A stretch of 17,855 bases of DNA. Source: Candidatus Heimdallarchaeota archaeon. Lineage in GTDB: Archaea > Asgardarchaeota > Heimdallarchaeia > Heimdallarchaeales > Heimdallarchaeaceae. Location: NCBI GenBank assembly GCA_021399395.1, contig JAAFKJ010000084.1, positions 1 to 17,855 on the forward strand, read 5' to 3'. Of the stretch, positions 8,335-16,497 are shown piece after piece. The translations under genes and the position numbers were made by a program. The notes beneath the pieces were generated by a model that saw nothing but the letters and a program-made list of their open reading frames with translations, was not told where the DNA came from and did not search any database. Each line of letters begins with the position of its first letter. Within the stretch, counting starts at the first letter, position 1.

Positions 8335-9099
8335 CTATTCAGGTCTAGCTGATTTCACTCTATGGATAACAATCTCTCTTGTTAATTGTTCAATTGGTTG
8401 AGCTACTTTTTGAACGCTAAGAGGTCTTGCTCCTTTCTTTAGTCGCCCGTACTCGTCTAATTTCGATTTTATGTCAGGACTTCTAAGAAGTGTCATTAGT
8501 TCATTTCTTGCTTGAAGACATGATGTTTCTATTACTCTCATGTAAGCCTCTCCTTTGTTGTTGGAAAGTTTTTTCTCTATAAGTAAATCGAGAAACTTAT
8601 CTGTAGCCATTCTTTCTTCAGCTGGTAAATCGATTTTATTCAAAACGACTATAAATGGAAGAGATTTCCCTAACACATCTCCTTTAAGAGAGATTAGTTC
8701 AGTTAAACTCTCAACGTTATCGTCCCACATATTTTTGCTAGGGTCAAACATGAAAATTAAACCATCTGCCCCTTCGAGTACTACTTTTCTTTGTATATAG
8801 TGTCTCTTTTGTCCAGCTACAGTCCAGACCTGATAACGTAATTTTGGAAAACTTACCCCTTGACCTTTAGGCAATTCAAATGTACTTTGGTCATAGAATA
8901 TAGTTCTACCACTTGGGTCATCAATCTTTTTGAGCGAAGAGTAAATTGTTTCAGGATCTTCTACTTTCCTCAAAACATTATATACGGTCAACATAGAAGT
9001 TTTACCAGAAAGTGACGGACCATATATCACTAGTTTTAAGTAAGGGACCCCTGAACCATCAACTTTGAAGATATCTTTGATTGTTAATCTGCCTGACAT
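8335..9099 (-). CDS. MglA-like small GTPase (Ras superfamily)
   Basis: G1 YGPSLSGKTS; switch I GRTIFYD (MglA RTLFFD); G3 TVAGQ (MglA TVPGQ, not DxxG); RKVVLEGADGLIFMFD; G4 NKID; G5-like ETSC. Confidence 0.92.
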   Translation of the reverse strand: MSGRLTIKDIFKVDGSGVPYLKLVIYGPSLSGKTSMLTVYNVLRKVEDPETIYSSLKKIDDPSGRTIFYDQSTFELPKGQGVSFPKLRYQVWTVAGQKRHYIQRKVVLEGADGLIFMFDPSKNMWDDNVESLTELISLKGDVLGKSLPFIVVLNKIDLPAEERMATDKFLDLLIEKKLSNNKGEAYMRVIETSCLQARNELMTLLRSPDIKSKLDEYGRLKKGARPLSVQKVAQPIEQLTREIVIHRVKSARPE

Positions 9100-9141
9100 G
9101 TATTCCTAGCCGCCAAGAGTTTATTTGATAAGATTTTTTTT

Positions 9142-9160
9142 GATTTTATAAAATCTTTTT
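9142..9160 (-). promoter_or_regulatory. Palindromic TATA-like element upstream of the GTPase gene
   Basis: Perfect 14-bp palindrome GATTTTATAAAATC at 9142-9155. The minus strand reads AAAAAGATTTTATAAA (BRE/TATA-like), about 45 nt before the ATG at 9099. Confidence 0.4.
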
Positions 9161-9252
9161 CCTTGTGGGTATATGTCTTCTTTATGAAGAAATTCTCTTA
9201 AACTTTGCTATAATTTCATATAAAATTATTCTTAAGTTCTATTTCATCAATA

Positions 9253-9924
9253 TTAGAGTGCTTGATTATGCTCATCCAATAAGCTTTTCTCATCTCTATG
9301 CAAAGAAACAGCTAATTCGGCAACTATTCCATCTAGAAATGCTAAAGATGCTTGTTCAAAGGCAGTTCCTTCTGGTGCTAAAGTGCTGTCCAAACCTTTG
9401 CTTCTTCGTTCCAAATCAGATTTAGTTCTACCTTTAAGTTTTACAGTTACATCCCCCAGTCTTCCAATCACGCTCGTTGGATAACTCGTAATAACGATTA
9501 CAAAAGGATTAAACACAAGGTAGGTCTCTAGCATTGCTTTTACTATCGGAGTCGTTCCTGAACCACTAATAACGACAATAGTATCATCTTCTCTTAATCG
9601 TGGAACAGATCTTGTATTTGTTATAAAACGACTCTCAACTCCAAAATGCTCTAAACGTGTCTGGAACATTTGTCCAATCATTGCACTTCTTCCACTTGCT
9701 AAGATATAGACCCGTTTCTTGTTTTGAATGTCTTGCATTAACCTATCTCTTACATCCTGAACATATTCATAGTGTTCAGTCATATGGATTATATTTTCTC
9801 TCAAATTCGTTGCCATTAATTCCATTGATAGAATAATTACAGGTTTATCTGCAGAAATAGCTAGATTTTTGATGCTTTCATCAGCAACAATTTTTTCTTT
9901 TTTCGAATTCTTGCCTTTTGACAT
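9253..9924 (-). CDS. hxlB: SIS-domain sugar isomerase, 6-phospho-3-hexuloisomerase (PHI)-like
   Basis: RVYILASGRS, VVISGSGTT, ITSYPTSVIGRLGD, LAPEGTAFE and a C-terminal His match PHI motifs (GxGRS, SGSGET, APLGTLFE). I prefer the ATG at 9924 over the TTG at 9945. Confidence 0.8.
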   Translation of the reverse strand: MSKGKNSKKEKIVADESIKNLAISADKPVIILSMELMATNLRENIIHMTEHYEYVQDVRDRLMQDIQNKKRVYILASGRSAMIGQMFQTRLEHFGVESRFITNTRSVPRLREDDTIVVISGSGTTPIVKAMLETYLVFNPFVIVITSYPTSVIGRLGDVTVKLKGRTKSDLERRSKGLDSTLAPEGTAFEQASLAFLDGIVAELAVSLHRDEKSLLDEHNQAL

Positions 9925-9944
9925 TTTCTCACTTAGAAATTTCA

Positions 9945-9996
9945 AGATGAGTTTTTTGAAAGAAAGTTCACATTGTTGAACTCTTTCACCTCATCT
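9945..9996. repeat. Imperfect inverted repeat / hairpin upstream of the PHI-like gene
   Basis: AGATGAG (9945-9951) pairs with CTCATCT (9990-9996), TGAAAGA (9957-9963) with TCTTTCA (9982-9988), and GTTCA (9966-9970) with TGAAC (9977-9981), closing a 6-nt loop. Confidence 0.65.
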
Positions 9997-10120
9997 AAGT
10001 AAGTCTAATTTAGGATGCTTTTAAACTCCTCGGTGAAGAAAACCAAATTAGAAAAAAAATGAATAAAAAGAGATTTAATTACGCATAAGTTCAGTTAAAG
10101 AAAATAATAGCAAGGGATTA

Positions 10121-10138
10121 GAAATAAGATTATAAATA
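10121..10138 (+). promoter_or_regulatory. Putative BRE/TATA promoter of the MMPL operon
   Basis: GAAATAAGATTATAAATA ends about 30 nt upstream of the ATG at 10169, consistent with a nearly leaderless archaeal transcript. Confidence 0.4.
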
Positions 10139-10168
10139 TGAAACGCTGATAATCTAATATCGATTAGT

Positions 10169-13096
10169 ATGAAATTCTGGGACAAGTTGTTAAAGAAACC
10201 AAAAATCCTTGCAATCTGCGTTCTGCTATTTTGGTCTTTACTTGTTTCTATCAATATTAACAAAATATTAAATGTCTCAGACTATGTTGAGGATGAAGGA
10301 TCAAACCTCACCACTTCAAGACCTTCTGAATCTTCAGTGGGTACAGATATTCTCGCATCTTTCAGTGAGGTAAATAGTTCGTTTCAAATCTTGATTTACA
10401 ATCCTGACGGTAGTATTCTTACAGATGAGATTCATTCGTTTATCTCTAGCTTAATTTATAATATTTCACACAATCCAAATATAGGTCCATTTTTGTCACC
10501 GAGTCAACCTTACTCTTCACTTTTTGATGATGCTGATAATTTGTTAAGATCAATATTGAACTTGCAATGGTTTGCAACCCAAATGTCCTTTTCATCAATC
10601 CATTTTGTTTGGGGAGGATTAGAATATTTTAGTAATATATGGAGTATTCAGTATAATGCTACAAGTGATATTGAATTTGCAACTGGTGTTGCAAAGACTT
10701 TGACAAAAAACTATGTTGAGACCGTTCTAAGTACATATAATGAATCTAGATATTTGGATTCAGCCTTTGATTTCTATAATCACTTTTCAAGCATCTTTGA
10801 ACTTGCTGCAAACTCTTCAACCCCCAATAACTTAGAGGAAGTCATACTTCTGTCTAAAAGTATTATTAGTAACAATGTCAGTTTCTTTGAAGAAATCACT
10901 TCTGATTATCGCCAACAGCAATTGCTTCTGTCTATTTCTGATAATTTCAATATGAGTATGTGGCAAAATCCTGCATATGGTTATCAGAAGATTTCTGAGT
11001 TCTTGTTTGATTCAAATGAAACTTCTTGTGTTGATTTCGTCCAAGAAGTATATGCAGATGGAGATATTGAAGGTTTTATTGATGCTAAGAATAAATATCT
11101 TCTACCAATTTTAAGATTAGAACAGACTATTCCTCCTATAACTAATGATATCATTGAGACTTTCTTGAAACAGTATACAAATTACAACTCAAGTATTGGA
11201 AAAACTGATGCAACGATAGTAAAATTCAATGTAGCGCTAAATCATCTAAATGAAAAAGGTAAAGGGGTATATTTAGAATTACTAGAGATATTACCACAAA
11301 TAAAAGAGGATAGTATCCCTCTTGAGATTCATGCCACAGGAATTGACTTCTTCATCATAGAGATTTCGTTAGATTATGAGCAACAGTTATCGAAAACAGA
11401 TCTTATCGTAATTATATCAATAGTTGTTATTCTATTGTTAGTTTATAGGTCTCCGATTCTTCCTTTAATACAAATATTCGTTCTAGCTATAGCCTTTGGC
11501 GTCTCACGTTTAATATTCATAGGAATTGGTACAAGCATAGGCGGTTTGGGATCAACAAGTTTAATGATTCTTAGCGTAAGTCTTCTAGGAGCTACTACAG
11601 ACTATTGTGTATTTTTGATGGGAGACTACTTGCAAAATCTTCAGAATACAAAAACAAAGATGGATGCTTTGAAAGTTACACTTAAACGAACATCTAAGAG
11701 TATTGTTATTTCTTCAATTTCACTAACTGTTGGATTTGGTGCATTGATTCTCAGTAGATTTGCTACTGCTACAGGATTGGGAATTGGTGGATCCATTGGT
11801 TTTCTCACTAGTATGGTTGTATCTTTAACACTAATTCCAGCTCTGTTAATTCTAATTAAAGCAGATATTCTAACTAAGTGGAGAATTAACTTTAAACTGT
11901 TTAAGAAACGGAAGTTTTCAATTATGAAATATGTTAAAAAATCTGTTCAGAACCCAAAGAAAATCTTAGTAATTGCGCTGGTAATTTCAATAATTGGTAC
12001 AGTTATTTTCTTTGTAGTTCCTACAGATTATGCTCAAATATCCACCGCCCCACCAACATACTATTCGAGGCAAGGTTTGGATGCAATAAATGAGCATATG
12101 GGAGTCGATCAAATTAGTCAAGTCATCATTCTTTTCAAAACTACAGATGTAGATCCCTTCTTATTGGAAAACCAAAGTTTAAACATAGATTCAATCAATC
12201 ACGTTCTTGCGATAGTAGAAGAAGTTAGTAAAGAAGCGGACTTAAACATAATTTCGGGTTTAAGTCATCCTCTGGGAACGCCGTATCATGAAAGCATGGA
12301 AAATAGTTCTCTATTTCTAATAGAAGAAATACAAATCTTGATGAAGAATTTTATTCTAGCAGATAGTACATATGGAATCGTAGTATGTGGATCCCAATAT
12401 GTTGAAGGTGATGAGAAACTTGATATCCAGATTGAAGCTGTTAGAGACACCATTCAATCACAACTTGCAGAAAGAGATATTTCTTCATGGAACACATATG
12501 TTACAGGGTTTGCTCCTGTTCTATATGATTCAAAAATGGGTATCTCTCTTGACTTCAATCTAATTTTTGTTTTTGCATCTTTAGCAATAGTCTCGCTTCT
12601 CCTCTTGTTCTTAAGAGATTTCTTAATGTCTATAAGAGTACTAGTTACTATTATGATGTCATTAGGAATTAGTCTAGGCATTTTTAGTATTATAGCTCTG
12701 CTGTTTCTAGGTGGCCAAATCTATTGGATTGTTCCCCTAATGCTATATGCAGTTTTAACAGCTTTAGGATTAGATTTTGATGTACTTTTCTTAGGAATAT
12801 TCGATAATATTTATCAAAAGAAACAAAACTCGGGTGAAGCGATTATCGAATCAGTTAGGCAAACAATGAACAACATCTCTGTTGCTGGTTTAATAATGGC
12901 AGTAACTTATCTGAGTTTGGTTTTTACATCTTCTATTCACATGCAGCAGCTTGGGCTAGGGCTTGGTATTGGTATTCTAGTTGATGTATTCGTATCTAGA
13001 CTGTTTATAGTACCTCCTGCAATTGTTGTTTCATTTAGAGAAGAAAAGAAGAAAAAGAAAGCAGCAGAAAAAAAGGTGATAAAGGATGAAAAGTAA
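10169..13096 (+). CDS. MMPL-family (RND superfamily) transporter
   Basis: Two TM1 + loop + 5-TM halves. Motifs LVYRSPILP, LGATTDYCVFL, SIVISSISLTVGFGAL, SLTLIPALL, ALGLDFDVL and FIVPPA. Lys-rich C-terminal tail. Confidence 0.93.
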   Translation: MKFWDKLLKKPKILAICVLLFWSLLVSININKILNVSDYVEDEGSNLTTSRPSESSVGTDILASFSEVNSSFQILIYNPDGSILTDEIHSFISSLIYNISHNPNIGPFLSPSQPYSSLFDDADNLLRSILNLQWFATQMSFSSIHFVWGGLEYFSNIWSIQYNATSDIEFATGVAKTLTKNYVETVLSTYNESRYLDSAFDFYNHFSSIFELAANSSTPNNLEEVILLSKSIISNNVSFFEEITSDYRQQQLLLSISDNFNMSMWQNPAYGYQKISEFLFDSNETSCVDFVQEVYADGDIEGFIDAKNKYLLPILRLEQTIPPITNDIIETFLKQYTNYNSSIGKTDATIVKFNVALNHLNEKGKGVYLELLEILPQIKEDSIPLEIHATGIDFFIIEISLDYEQQLSKTDLIVIISIVVILLLVYRSPILPLIQIFVLAIAFGVSRLIFIGIGTSIGGLGSTSLMILSVSLLGATTDYCVFLMGDYLQNLQNTKTKMDALKVTLKRTSKSIVISSISLTVGFGALILSRFATATGLGIGGSIGFLTSMVVSLTLIPALLILIKADILTKWRINFKLFKKRKFSIMKYVKKSVQNPKKILVIALVISIIGTVIFFVVPTDYAQISTAPPTYYSRQGLDAINEHMGVDQISQVIILFKTTDVDPFLLENQSLNIDSINHVLAIVEEVSKEADLNIISGLSHPLGTPYHESMENSSLFLIEEIQILMKNFILADSTYGIVVCGSQYVEGDEKLDIQIEAVRDTIQSQLAERDISSWNTYVTGFAPVLYDSKMGISLDFNLIFVFASLAIVSLLLLFLRDFLMSIRVLVTIMMSLGISLGIFSIIALLFLGGQIYWIVPLMLYAVLTALGLDFDVLFLGIFDNIYQKKQNSGEAIIESVRQTMNNISVAGLIMAVTYLSLVFTSSIHMQQLGLGLGIGILVDVFVSRLFIVPPAIVVSFREEKKKKKAAEKKVIKDEK

Positions 13097-14726
13097 GAAA
13101 AAAGTAGTTTCAACTATACTGATGCTTATTTTATTTTTCAACCCTTATCATATATCATCAAGTTTTGAAGATGATTTTCGAGCAATAAGTTTTGAAGATA
13201 AAGGATATCTGTTAAATTATGAGATCATTCAAGGAGAGAATCTTAATGAAATGTTTGAAAATCTTGGATTTGATATTGATGGTTCATTTACAGGTAGTCA
13301 ATTCAATATTTTAGTAAAAAACAGATTATCTGAGATTAGAGACATTTACTTCATAGAATCTGATAAAATTGAGCAAATTGAGGTTCCAGTATATTCTTAT
13401 GAGAATTATGTTGAATTAAGCGGTTCTCTAACTGCTAGCATCGATATGGGAGGAGAATTCTTAACTGATCTTATAGGATTTAACTATCATCCAGTTGAGC
13501 CTAAAGTACTAGAAGCAGAATTACCTGAAACATCTACAATTTATCTTCCCAATATTTTCACGAATATAACTAGACCAAATTTTGGAAGTTTGATGACTAA
13601 CTTAGATTACTTTGATTTTCTACCTTTCATTATTGGAAATGACTTTAACAGATATGAAGCTGAATTTTCAAGTTTGATTTTGAATGAATCTTTTACTGTC
13701 AACGTTTATAACCAAGATTATGAGGAGTTTACTATTTCTCTTGACATAGATTTAGAAACACCATTAAAGATGAAAGCAACTTGGGATAAACATTCAGGAC
13801 TATTGCTCTCGCTCTCACTACATTTTATCTATGATGAAAGGAGTAGTGTTTTCATCATAGCCTTGAATAATTATGAAGAAATACAAACTCCAATTACACA
13901 ACCAGACAAAACTTTTTTCATCACTAATAGTTCTGCAAATTATGAAGTATTTACTGAAGATGTTGGAACAGAATTAAGACTTGAAGAATGGAAAACTTGG
14001 TTTGATCAATTAAACCAAACATTTGGATTGAGATATTCATTCGCTCATGAAGGCTTGAATTTTGATGAGTATTTAATGGTTTATAACCAAGAAGATGAGA
14101 TGTATTATCCATCAACTCCAATTCATGATTCCTGGATATCATTTCTCCCACCAGCTGTAATCCCCATTTGGGACAGTTACATTGGTGCCGTAAATCTAAT
14201 AGAGAGTATATGGACGCAATTAGAAGAGGAGATAAATAATTTCGAATTCATACTCTCAGGGGTAACAAGTACCTTATATTCATTTCAAGATGCAGATCTA
14301 CATCTAGAATATCAATTTAATGACGGATTGCATCAACTTCTTTGGTATGGAGCGCTTCATTATATCAGCAATAATACAAGAAAAGTTGTCCCAAGTTATG
14401 CGGTAACTGAAATAAGCTTTGAAACAGATGGTTGGTTAGCATATTCTCAAGAAGGTTTACTGGAAGGTTTTTCGTTTTATTTCAGTGAGTTTTACAATTC
14501 CTACTTACAAAATATTACAGATTTCTCAATCACTGAGACATATGACAATTACTATTACGATTATTTCTTAGAATCTAAACCAGAAAATATAACTGAACCT
14601 TATTTTACAGAAACAAATGAAACAGCTATAAATGTATCAATTTTGCAGATAGTCTTTTATTCAATAGTAGCTTACTCTTATCTTAGGAAAAACAGAAAAA
14701 AGAGGGAAAAGAATGAATACTTCTAG
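13086..14726 (+). CDS. Hypothetical secreted acidic protein with C-terminal membrane anchor
   Basis: Signal peptide MKSKKKVVSTILMLILFF, D/E/Y/F-rich body with several N-x-S/T sequons, a Thr/Glu-rich linker, a C-terminal hydrophobic helix and a basic RKNRKKR tail. Overlaps the MMPL gene by 11 bp. Confidence 0.85.
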   Translation: MKSKKKVVSTILMLILFFNPYHISSSFEDDFRAISFEDKGYLLNYEIIQGENLNEMFENLGFDIDGSFTGSQFNILVKNRLSEIRDIYFIESDKIEQIEVPVYSYENYVELSGSLTASIDMGGEFLTDLIGFNYHPVEPKVLEAELPETSTIYLPNIFTNITRPNFGSLMTNLDYFDFLPFIIGNDFNRYEAEFSSLILNESFTVNVYNQDYEEFTISLDIDLETPLKMKATWDKHSGLLLSLSLHFIYDERSSVFIIALNNYEEIQTPITQPDKTFFITNSSANYEVFTEDVGTELRLEEWKTWFDQLNQTFGLRYSFAHEGLNFDEYLMVYNQEDEMYYPSTPIHDSWISFLPPAVIPIWDSYIGAVNLIESIWTQLEEEINNFEFILSGVTSTLYSFQDADLHLEYQFNDGLHQLLWYGALHYISNNTRKVVPSYAVTEISFETDGWLAYSQEGLLEGFSFYFSEFYNSYLQNITDFSITETYDNYYYDYFLESKPENITEPYFTETNETAINVSILQIVFYSIVAYSYLRKNRKKREKNEYF

Positions 14727-16497
14727 TGTTCAATCAAATAAATTCGTGTTAGATACAAATTTCTTCATTAGTGGTTTTGAGAAAAATCCATCAGATTTTT
14801 CTATTTTTCTCGACATCATATCTGATATGGGTAAAGAATTATATGTAACTAGCAACATTCTTCAAGAAATCCGGTGGTATCTCAGAAGAAGGATTAAAGA
14901 ACCTGTTCAAATTATTAGAGTCCCAATTAAAGATATCAGAGAGTTTAAAGATACTTTAGATGAAAATGTTTCTTCACCCCAACTTAACGACCTTTCAAAT
15001 ATTGTAGCCGCAAAAAAGATTAATGGGATTGTTGTTTCAAGTGATTTAAAACTTGTAAAAGCATGTGAATCTGTTGAGGTACCTGTTCTCATTAGCTCAT
15101 CTTTCATTTTTCTATTAAGAAATACTTGTCTCAAAGCAGAACACAATGAAGCATTAGATACTATACATGACGTGATTCTTTCCGATGAAATTCGTCATTC
15201 AGTTGAAAAACGACAGATGTTTGATCCCGTTACTAGAATTAAAAAAATACAAGAACATGCAATCAGTGTTTTACAGAAATTTACACAAGTTGATCAAATA
15301 TCTCCAAAACAAGAAACAGCTCAATATCATACCCTTCCCGAAGAAAACAAACTTATAGAAATGATGAATGAGATAGAGTTTGAATTCCCCAATTACTTAG
15401 AAAAGGTTGAATCAGGTAACTTAGAATCTTTGCGATTTGAACTAGAAGAAGCATATATCATTCTATCAGATTTATCTCTTGAATTGAGAATAGCCCTATT
15501 GGAAAAAGAAAGTTATATAGAAGAATTATCTGTTAGGCTAAAAGCTAGGATTCTTTACCTTCTCAGTATAGTTGAATTTACTTTACTGGATTTTGAAAAA
15601 CTTGATGGTCATTTGAATACATTAACAGAAATATCAGCAATCTTTCCAAAACTGGTTTCAGATATCTTTATGGATCTTCATTTTCTCAGGATGGTTTATT
15701 TTCTTGTAACAGATAATCATGATAGACTGAAAGGATATTACTCAGAAAAATTCCTTTTTCTATGCGAAAGACAAGATAGATTAGATTTACTAGGATTAAC
15801 TAGAGCTGTAATCTTAGCTTCAACTATCATGGAAAGTGGGTTAATTGATAAGAGAGCCGTAATAGATGGCGAGGACGAGATTGCACTTCTAATTCAAATA
15901 GGGTATATTTTATTACAAAGAGAACAATTTGAGCATGCTCTACTCATTTTACTTCAATCTCACTACTTAGCATTAAATTTGAAGAATATAATATTGGCAA
16001 AAGATACACTCGAGATATTGGTTATTCTACATTATGCTATAAAAGAGAGATGCACAGAAGAAATTTATCAAGGAATTGAAGATTTGCAGGAGTTAGGGGT
16101 TTATGAATTACCAATTATCAGTTATGCAGATATAACAGAATTACAAGCATTAACTACAACAGATTATGTTCCGATAAATGAACTAAATGTTCTTCTTCAA
16201 GACTGGTTCTATATATATCATAGTGGCAGATATGTGAAGGGAGGGGAAGTTTATACCTATATTCTGTTAAAAAATCCCTATTATTCACCACGAATAGCTT
16301 TGATATTTAACACAACTTTCTCCCCTTACGATGTGAGTCCAGGTAGACAAATAAAAATCTATGAAGGATCAGCCAAAGTATCAATCTCGAAAGAATCTTC
16401 AATTAATGGTTTTCCTGTTGATCTTCTAGTTGAGGTAGATGAAAAAGAGGGGAAGTTTATCTTTAGAGGTCAATTTGGAATGAAAATAATATTGTAA
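14713..16497 (+). CDS. PIN-domain protein fused to a long helical region and a beta-rich C-terminal domain
   Basis: FVLDTNFF, VTSNILQEI, NDLSNI and VVSSDLKL...VPVL give the PIN acidic quartet. About 330 aa of Leu/Glu-rich helices follow. Overlaps the upstream gene by 14 bp. Confidence 0.85.
   Translation: MNTSSVQSNKFVLDTNFFISGFEKNPSDFSIFLDIISDMGKELYVTSNILQEIRWYLRRRIKEPVQIIRVPIKDIREFKDTLDENVSSPQLNDLSNIVAAKKINGIVVSSDLKLVKACESVEVPVLISSSFIFLLRNTCLKAEHNEALDTIHDVILSDEIRHSVEKRQMFDPVTRIKKIQEHAISVLQKFTQVDQISPKQETAQYHTLPEENKLIEMMNEIEFEFPNYLEKVESGNLESLRFELEEAYIILSDLSLELRIALLEKESYIEELSVRLKARILYLLSIVEFTLLDFEKLDGHLNTLTEISAIFPKLVSDIFMDLHFLRMVYFLVTDNHDRLKGYYSEKFLFLCERQDRLDLLGLTRAVILASTIMESGLIDKRAVIDGEDEIALLIQIGYILLQREQFEHALLILLQSHYLALNLKNIILAKDTLEILVILHYAIKERCTEEIYQGIEDLQELGVYELPIISYADITELQALTTTDYVPINELNVLLQDWFYIYHSGRYVKGGEVYTYILLKNPYYSPRIALIFNTTFSPYDVSPGRQIKIYEGSAKVSISKESSINGFPVDLLVEVDEKEGKFIFRGQFGMKIIL

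Noticed and set aside
9925-9996. Selenocysteine readthrough or SECIS, suggested by three in-frame TGA codons near a hairpin
   Set aside because: That frame is not the PHI frame, the peptide has no recognisable features, and the hairpin lacks a convincing SECIS core.
13036-13105. A/G-rich low-complexity tract as a repeat or slippage site
   Set aside because: Explained by the Lys/Glu-rich MMPL tail and the overlapping Lys-rich signal peptide. Both ORFs are complete.
14713-15120. VapBC toxin-antitoxin pair
   Set aside because: No small antitoxin ORF lies upstream, and the PIN domain is part of a 594-aa protein.
533-15146. Short alternative ORFs (533-793, 808-993, 2413-2598, 3562-3768, 4118-4330, 4821-5018, 6501-6716, 7313-7513, 8033-8257, 8555-8800, 9165-9425, 10075-10263, 12454-12681, 13951-14151, 14907-15146)
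   Set aside because: All overlap well-supported longer CDSs, antisense or out of frame, and show no recognisable motifs.
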